DNA of 64,000 nucleotides from Auanema rhodensis (taxonomy: Eukaryota > Animalia > Nematoda): positions 3,472,001 through 3,536,000 of the forward strand of contig OZ059900.1 in assembly GCA_964057225.1 (NCBI GenBank), in the 5' to 3' direction. The translations under genes and the position numbers were made by a program. This document shows positions 56,501 to 64,000 of the stretch, piece by piece. Every line of letters starts with the position of its first letter. Within the stretch, counting starts at the first letter, position 1. The notes under the pieces are model-generated. The model was not told where the DNA came from. It was given only the letters and a program-made list of their open reading frames with translations, and ran no database searches.

Positions 56501-59500
56501 TAACGAATATGATCAAAATTTACGAGTATTACAGATTTTGTACCAAAAATCGGTGAGTATATGGTGTTAAAGGCATAAAAACGACCATACTTAGTGTAGT
56601 AATGCTATTTGAGCGAAATTCAGTATTTAAACATCACTAGCGTTTAATTGATGACTTTTGTTGTTATAGACAATAAAACTATGTTTTTGATCATATATAT
56701 GAGCGATTTAGCCAAATTGGACTCAAAACTCGGAAATTTCAAAAATTCTTTCTATTTTCGACTTTTTTGATCAAAATGAATATATATCAGTGCAAACTCA
56801 TAAAAATAGACTGATTTTGTTTATTGTGTGTTTGATTTTCAAATCTTAACGAATATGATCAAAATTTACGAGTATTACAGATTTTGTACCAAAAATCGGT
56901 GAGTATATGGTGTTAAAGGCATAAAAACGACCATACTTAGTGTAGTAATGCTATTTGAGTGAAATTCAGTATTTAAACATCACTAGCGTTTAATTGATGA
57001 CTTTTGTTGTCATAGACATTAAAACTATGTTTTTGATCATATAAATGAGCGATTTAGCCAAATTAGACTCAAAACTCGGAAATTTCAAAAATTCTTTCTA
57101 TTTTCGACCTCTTTTGATCAAAATGAATATATATCAGTGCAAACTCATAAAAATAGACTTATTTCGTGTATTATGTGTTTGATTCTCGAATCTTAACAAA
57201 TATGATCGAAATTTACAAGTATTACAGATTTTGTACCAAAAATCGGTGAGTATATGGTGTTAAAGGCATAAAAACGACCATACTTAGTGTAGTAATGCTA
57301 TTTGAGCGAAAATCAGTATTTAAACATCACTAGCGTTTAATTGATGACTTTTGTTGTTATAGACAATAAAACTATGTTTTTGATCATATATATGAGCGAT
57401 TTAGCCCAATTGGACTCAAAACTCGGAAAATTCAAAAATTCTTTCTATTTTCGACCTTTTTTGATCAAAATGAATATATATCAGTGCAAACTCATAAAAA
57501 TAGACTGATTTTGTTTATTGTGTGTTTGATTTTTGAATCTTAACAAATATGATCAAAATTTACGAGTATTACAGATTTTGTACCAAAAATCGGTGAGTAT
57601 ATGGTGTTAAAGGCATAAAAACGACCATACTTAGTGTAGTAATGCTATTTGAGCGAAAATCAGTATTTAAACATCACTAACGTTTAATTGATGACTTTTG
57701 TTGTCATAGACAATAAAACTATGCTTCTGATCATATATATGAGCGATTTAGCCAAATTAGACTCAAAACTCGGAAATTTCAAAAATTCTTTCTATTTTCG
57801 ACCTTTTTTGATCAAAATGAAGATATATCAGTGCAAGCTCATAAAAATAGACTGATTTTGTTTATTGTGTGTTTGATTTTTGAATCTTAACAAATATGAT
57901 CAAAATTTACGAGTATTACAGATTTTGTACCAAAAATCGGTGAGTATATGGTGTTAAGGCATAAAAACGACCATACTTAGTGTAGTAATGCTATTTGAGC
58001 GAAAATCAGTATTTAAACATCACTAGCGTTTAATTGATGACTTTTGTTGTTATAGACAATAAAACTATGCTTCTGATCATATATATGAGCGATTTAGCCA
58101 AATTAGACTCAAAACTCGGAAATTTCAAAAATTCTTTCTATTTTCGACCTTTTTTGATCAAAATGAATATATATCAGTGCAAGCTCATAAAAATAGACTG
58201 ATTTTGTGTATTATGTGTTTGATTCTCGAATCTTAACAAATATGATCAAAATTTACAAGTATTACAGATTTTGTACCAAAAATCGGTGAGTATATGGTGT
58301 TAAAGGCATAAAAACGACCATACTTAGTGTAGTAATGCTATTTGAGTGAAATTCAGTGATTTAATCATTATTAGTGTATATTTGAAGACTTTTGTTATCA
58401 TAGACAGTAAAACTATGCTTTTGATCATATATATGAGCGATTTAGCCCAATTCGACTCAAAACTCGGAAAATTCAAAAATTCTTTCTATTTTCGACCTTT
58501 TTTGATCAAAATGAATAAATATCAGTGCAAACTTGTAAAAATAGACTTATTTTGTGTATTATGTGTTTGATTCTCGAATCTTAACAAATATGATCAAAAT
58601 TTACAAGTATTACAGATTTTGTACCAAAAATCGGTGAGTATATGGTGTTAAAGGCATAAAAACGACCATACTTAGTGTAGTAATGCTATTTGAGCGAAAA
58701 TCAGTAATTAAACATCACTAGCGTTTAATTGAAGATTTTTGTTGTCATAGACAATAAAACTATGCTTCTGATCATATATATGAGCGATTTAGCCAAATTA
58801 GACTCAAAACTCGGAAATTTCAAAAATTCTTTCTATTTTCGACCTTTTTTGATCAAAATGAATAAATATCAGTGCAAACTCATAAAAATAGACTTATTTC
58901 GTGTATTATGTGTTTGTTTCTCGAATCTTAACGAATATGATCAAAATTTACAAGTATTACAGATTTTGTACCAAAAATCGGTGAGTATATGGTGTTAAAG
59001 GCATAAAAACGACCATACTTAGTGTAGTAATGCATTTGAGTGAAATTCAGTGATTTACACATTATTAGTGTATATTTGAAGACTTTTGTTATCATAGACA
59101 GTAAAACTATGCTTTTGATCATATATATGAGCGATTTAGCCCAATTGGACTCAAAACTCGGAAAATTCAAAAATTCTTCTATTTTCGACCTTTTTTGATC
59201 AAAATGAATATATATCAGTGCAAACTCATAAAAATAGACTGATTTTGTTTATTGTGTGTTTGATTTTCAAATCTTAACGAATATGATCAAAATTTACGAG
59301 TATTACAGATTTTGTGCCAAAAATCGGTGAGTATATGGTGTTAAAGGCATAAAAACGACCATACTTAGTGTAGTAATGCTATTTGAGCGAAAATCAGTAT
59401 TTAAACATCACTAGCGTTTAATTGATGACTTTTGTTGTCATAGACAGTAAAACTATGCTTTTGATCATATATATGAGCGATTTAGCCCAATTGGACTCAA

Positions 59501-62500
59501 AACTCGGAAAATTCAAAAATTCTTTCTATTTTCGACCTTTTTTGATCAAAATGAATATATATCAGTGCAAACTCATAAAAATAGACTGACTTCGTTTGTT
59601 GTGTGTTTGATTTTCAAATCTTAACGAATATGATCAAAATTTACGAGTATTACAGATTTTGTACCAAAAATCGGTGAGTATATGGTGTTAAAGGCATAAA
59701 AACGACCATACTTAGTGTAGTAATGCTATTTGAGCGAAATTCAGTATTTAAACATTACTAGCGTTTAATTGATGACTTTTGTTGTTATAGACAATAAAAC
59801 TATGTTTTTGATCATATATATGAGCGATTTAGCCAAATTGGACTCAAAACTCGGAAATTTCAAAAATTCTTTCTATTTTCGACCTTTTTTGATCAAAATG
59901 AATAAATATCAGTGCAAACTTGTAAAAATAGACTTATTTTGTGTATTATGTGTTCGATTCTCGAATCTTAACAAATATGATCAAAATTTACAAGTATTAC
60001 AGATTTTGTACCAAAAATCGGTGAGTATATGGTGTTAAAGGCATAAAAACGACCATACTTAGTGTAGTAATGCTATTTGAGTGAAATTCAGTGATTAAAT
60101 CATTATTAGTGTATATTTGAAGACTTTTGTTATCATAGACAGTAAAACTATGCTTTTGATCATATATATGAGCGATTTAGCCAAATTAGACTCAAAACTC
60201 GGAAATTTCAAAAATTCTTTCTATTTTCGACCTTTTTTGATCAAAATGAATAAATATCAGTGCAAACTCGTAAAAATAAACTTATTTCGTGTATTGTGTG
60301 TTTGATTCTCGAATCTCACCGAATATGATCGAAATTTACGAGTATCACAGATTTTGTACCAAAAATCGGTGAGTATATGGTGTTAAAGGCATAAAAACGA
60401 CTATACATAGTGTAGTAATGCTATTTGAGTGAAATTCAGTGATTAAATCATTATTAGTGTATATTTGAAGACTTTTGTTATCATAGACAGTAAAACTATG
60501 CTTTTGATCATATATATGAGCGATTTAGCCCAATTGGACTCAAAACTCGGAAAATTCAAAAATTCTTTCTATTTTCGACCTTTTTTGATCAAAATGAATA
60601 TATATCAGTGCAAACTCATAAAAATAGACTGATTTTGTTTATTGTGTGTTCGATTTTCAAATCTTAACGAATATGATCAAAATTTACGAGTATTACAGAT
60701 TTTGTACCAAAAATCGGTGAGTATATGGTGTTAAAGGCATAAAAACGACCATACTTAGTGTAGTAATGCTATTTGAGCGAAAATCAGTATTTAAACATCA
60801 CTAGCGTTTAATTGATGATTTTTGTTGTCATAGACAATAAAACTATGCTTCTGATCATGTATATGAGCGATTTAGCCAAATTAGACTCAAAACTCGGAAA
60901 TTTCAAAAATTCTTTCTATTTTCGACCTTTTTTGATCAAAATGAATAAATATCAGTGCAAACTCGTAAAAATAGACTGATTTTGTGTATTGTATGTTTGA
61001 TTCTCAAATCTTAACGAATATGATCAAAATTTACGAGTATTACAGATTTTGTACCAAAAATCGGTGAGTATATGGTGTTAAAGGCATAAAAACGACCATA
61101 CTTAGTGTAGTAATGCTATTTGAGCGAAATTCAGTATTTAAACATTACTAGCGTTTAATTGATGACTTTTGTTGTTATGGACAATAAAACTATGTTTTTG
61201 ATCATATATATGAGCGATTTAGCCAAATTGGACTCAAAACTCGGAAATTTCAAAAATTCTTTCTATTTTCGACCTTTTTTGATCAAAATGAATAAATATC
61301 AGTGCAAACTTGTAAAAATAGACTTATTTTGTGTATTATGTGTTTGATTCTCGAATCTTAACAAATATGATCAAAATTTACAAGTATTACAGATTTTGTA
61401 CCAAAAATCGGTGAGTATATGGTGTTAAAGGCATAAAAACGACCATACTTAGTGTAGTAATGCTATTTGAGCGAAAATCAGTATTTAAACATCACTAGCG
61501 TTTAATTGATGACTTTTGTTGTCATAGACAATAAAACTATGCTTCTGATCATATATATGAGCGATTTAGCCAAATTAGACTCAAAACTCGGAAATTTCAA
61601 AAATTCTTTCTATTTTCGACCTTTTTTGATCAAAATGAATATATATCAGTGCAAGCTCATAAAAATAGACTGATTTTGTGTATTGTATGTTTGATTCTCA
61701 AATCTTAACGAATATGATCAAAATTTACGAGTATTACAGATTTTGTACCAAAAATCGGTGAGTATATGGTGTTAAAGGCATAAAAACGACCATACATAGT
61801 GTAGTAATGCTATTTGAGCGAAATTCAGTATTTAAACATCACTAGCGTTTAATTGATGACTTTTGTTGTTATAGACATTAAAACTATGTTTTTGATCATA
61901 TATATGAGCGATTTAGCCAAATTGGACTCAAAACTCGGAAATTTCAAAAATTATTTCTATTTTCGACCTTTTTTGATCAAAATGAATAAATATCAGTGCA
62001 AATTTGTAAAAATAGACTTATTTTGTGTATTATGTGTTTGATTCTCGAATCTTAACAAATATGATCAAAATTTGCAAGTATTACAGATTTTGTACCAAAA
62101 ATCGGTGAGTATATGGTGTTAAAGGCATAAAAACGACCATACTTAGTGTAGTAATGCTATTTGAGCGAAAATCAGTATTTAAACATCACTAGCGTTTAAT
62201 TGATGACTTTTGTTGTCATAGACAATAAAACTATGCTTCTGATCATATATATGAGCGATTTAGCCAAATTAGACTCAAAACTCGGAAATTTCAAAAATTC
62301 TTTCTATTTTCGACCTTTTTTGATCAAAATGAATATATATCAGTGCAAGCTCATAAAAATAGACTGATTTTGTGTATTGTATGTTTGATTCTCAAATCTT
62401 AACGAATATGATCAAAATTTACAAGTATTACAGATTTTGTACCAAAAATCGGTGAGTATATGGTGTTAAAGGCATAAAAACGACCATACATAGTGTAGTA

Positions 62501-62860
62501 ATGCTATTTGAGCGAAATTCAGTATTTAAACATCACTAGCGTTTAATTGATGACTTTTGTTGTTATAGACATTAAAACTATGTTTTTGATCATATATATG
62601 AGCGATTTAGCCCAATTGGACTCAAAACTCGGAAAATTCAAAAATTCTTTCTATTTTCGACCTTTTTTGATCAAAATGAATATATATCAGTGCAAACTCA
62701 TAAAAATAGACTGACTTTGTTTATTGTGTGTTTGATTTTCAAATCTTAACGAATATGATCAAAATTTACGAGTATTACAGATTTTGTACCAAAAATCGGT
62801 GAGTATATGGTGTTAAAGGCATAAAAACGACCATACTTAGTGTAGTAATGCTATTTGAGC
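45500..62860. repeat. About 6.6-kb (about 19-monomer) block duplicated at a 31-monomer offset (10756 bp): about 45500-52100 vs about 56260-62860
   Basis: Seven ORF pairs have an offset of exactly 10756 (47590/58346 ... 51097/61853). Shared rare variants CAGTAATTAAAC, CTGACTTCGTT and TTTGCAAG. Confidence 0.92.
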
Positions 62861-64000
62861 GAAATTCAGTATTTAAACATTACTAGCGTTTAATTGATGA
62901 CTTTTGTTGTTATAGACAATAAAACTATGTTTTTGATCATATATATGAGCGATTTAGCCAAATTGGACTCAAAACTCGGAAATTTCAAAAATTCTTTCTA
63001 TTTTCGACCTTTTTTGATCAAAATGAATAAATATCAGTGCAAACTTGTAAAAATAGACTTATTTTGTGTATTATGTGTTCGATTCTCGAATCTTAACAAA
63101 TATGATCAAAATTTACAAGTATTACAGATTTTGTACCAAAAATCGGTGAGTATATGGTGTTAAAGGCATAAAAACGACCATACTTAGTGTAGTAATGCTA
63201 TTTGAGTGAAATTCAGTGATTTACACATTATTAGTGTATATTTGAAGACTTTTGTTATCATAGACAGTAAAACTATGCTTTTGATCATATATATGAGCGA
63301 TTTAGCCAAATTAGACTCAAAACTCGGAAATTTCAAAAATTCTTTCTATTTTCGACCTTTTTTGATCAAAATGAATAAATATCAGTGCAAACTCGTAAAA
63401 ATAAACTTATTTCGTGTATTGTGTGTTTGATTCTCGAATCTCACCGAATATGATCGAAATTTACGAGTATCACAGATTTTGTACCAAAAATCGGTGAGTA
63501 TATGGTGTTAAAGGCATAAAAACGACTATACATAGTGTAGTAATGCTATTTGAGTGAAATTCAGTGATTAAATCATTATTAGTGTATATTTGAAGACTTT
63601 TGTTATCATAGACAGTAAAACTATGCTTTTGATCATATATATGAGCGATTTAGCCCAATTGGACTCAAAACTCGGAAAATTCAAAAATTCTTTCTATTTT
63701 CGACCTTTTTTGATCAAAATGAATATATATCAGTGCAAACTCATAAAAATAGACTGATTTTGTTTATTGTCTGTTCGATTTTCAAATCTTAACGAATATG
63801 ATCAAAATTTACGAGTATTACAGATTTTGTACCAAAAATCGGTGAGTATATGGTGTTAAAGGCATAAAAACGACCATACTTAGTGTAGTAATGCTATTTG
63901 AGCGAAAATCAGTATTTAAACATCACTAGCGTTTAATTGATGATTTTTGTTGTCATAGACAATAAAACTATGCTTCTGATCATGTATATGAGCGATTTAG

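Larger units (their letters stand above)
1..64000. repeat. Tandem satellite DNA array, 347-bp monomer, about 184.4 copies, single orientation
   Basis: TGGTGTTAAAGGCATAAAAACGACC recurs at 1, 348, 695, 1041, 1388 ... 63851 with a period of 346-348 bp. No non-repeat sequence was seen. Monomer 1 has 99 G+C in 347 bp. Confidence 0.99.

Noticed and set aside
3061-59170. Twelve minus-strand 70-80 aa ORFs (MNFPSFESNW...)
   Set aside because: They occur only across U-V monomer junctions, where V-specific variants open a frame. They are useful only as HOR markers.
1127-63430. About 55 plus-strand ORFs of 61-101 aa (MMTFVVID.../MKFSDL...) as a multigene or variable-peptide family
   Set aside because: They appear only where a TGA/TTA polymorphism or a B-type start happens to open a frame. 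Most monomers have stops or frameshifts, the starts are mostly TTG/GTG, the composition reflects AT richness, and I recognise no domain.
1-64000. CRISPR-like array, integron cassette array or antigenic-variation cassette system
   Set aside because: There are no unique spacers or cassettes and no cas, integrase or recombinase genes. The entire unit is repeated with only point variants.

Overview
The whole 64-kb window is one uninterrupted head-to-tail tandem satellite array. It has an AT-rich (about 28-29% GC) 347-bp monomer, with 184 complete copies (first start 1, last start 63851) plus a 150-bp partial copy, all in one orientation. I saw no genes, RNA genes, transposon insertions, inversions or unique spacers. 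Every ORF in the track is a chance reading of the same monomer. This looks like eukaryotic (peri)centromeric or heterochromatic satellite DNA; I cannot name the family or species. The interesting structure is internal: (i) two monomer subfamilies, A (347 bp) and B (348 bp, with a 346-bp derivative), differing in one ~55-bp block; (ii) a recognisable ~12-monomer (4163-bp) higher-order repeat (HOR) that is repeatedly truncated and re-duplicated, giving duplications with 3-, 7-, 9-, 11-, 14-, 15- and 31-monomer offsets; (iii) a separate variant lineage at about 12-22 kb; (iv) only three multi-base indels, two of which coincide with lineage-switch junctions at the same monomer position next to a palindrome. 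I found no support for a novel gene-encoded system. All counts were made by eye or from ORF-track offsets. Monomer letters (T,U,V,W,X,Y,Z,A',P,Q,R,S) are my own labels.
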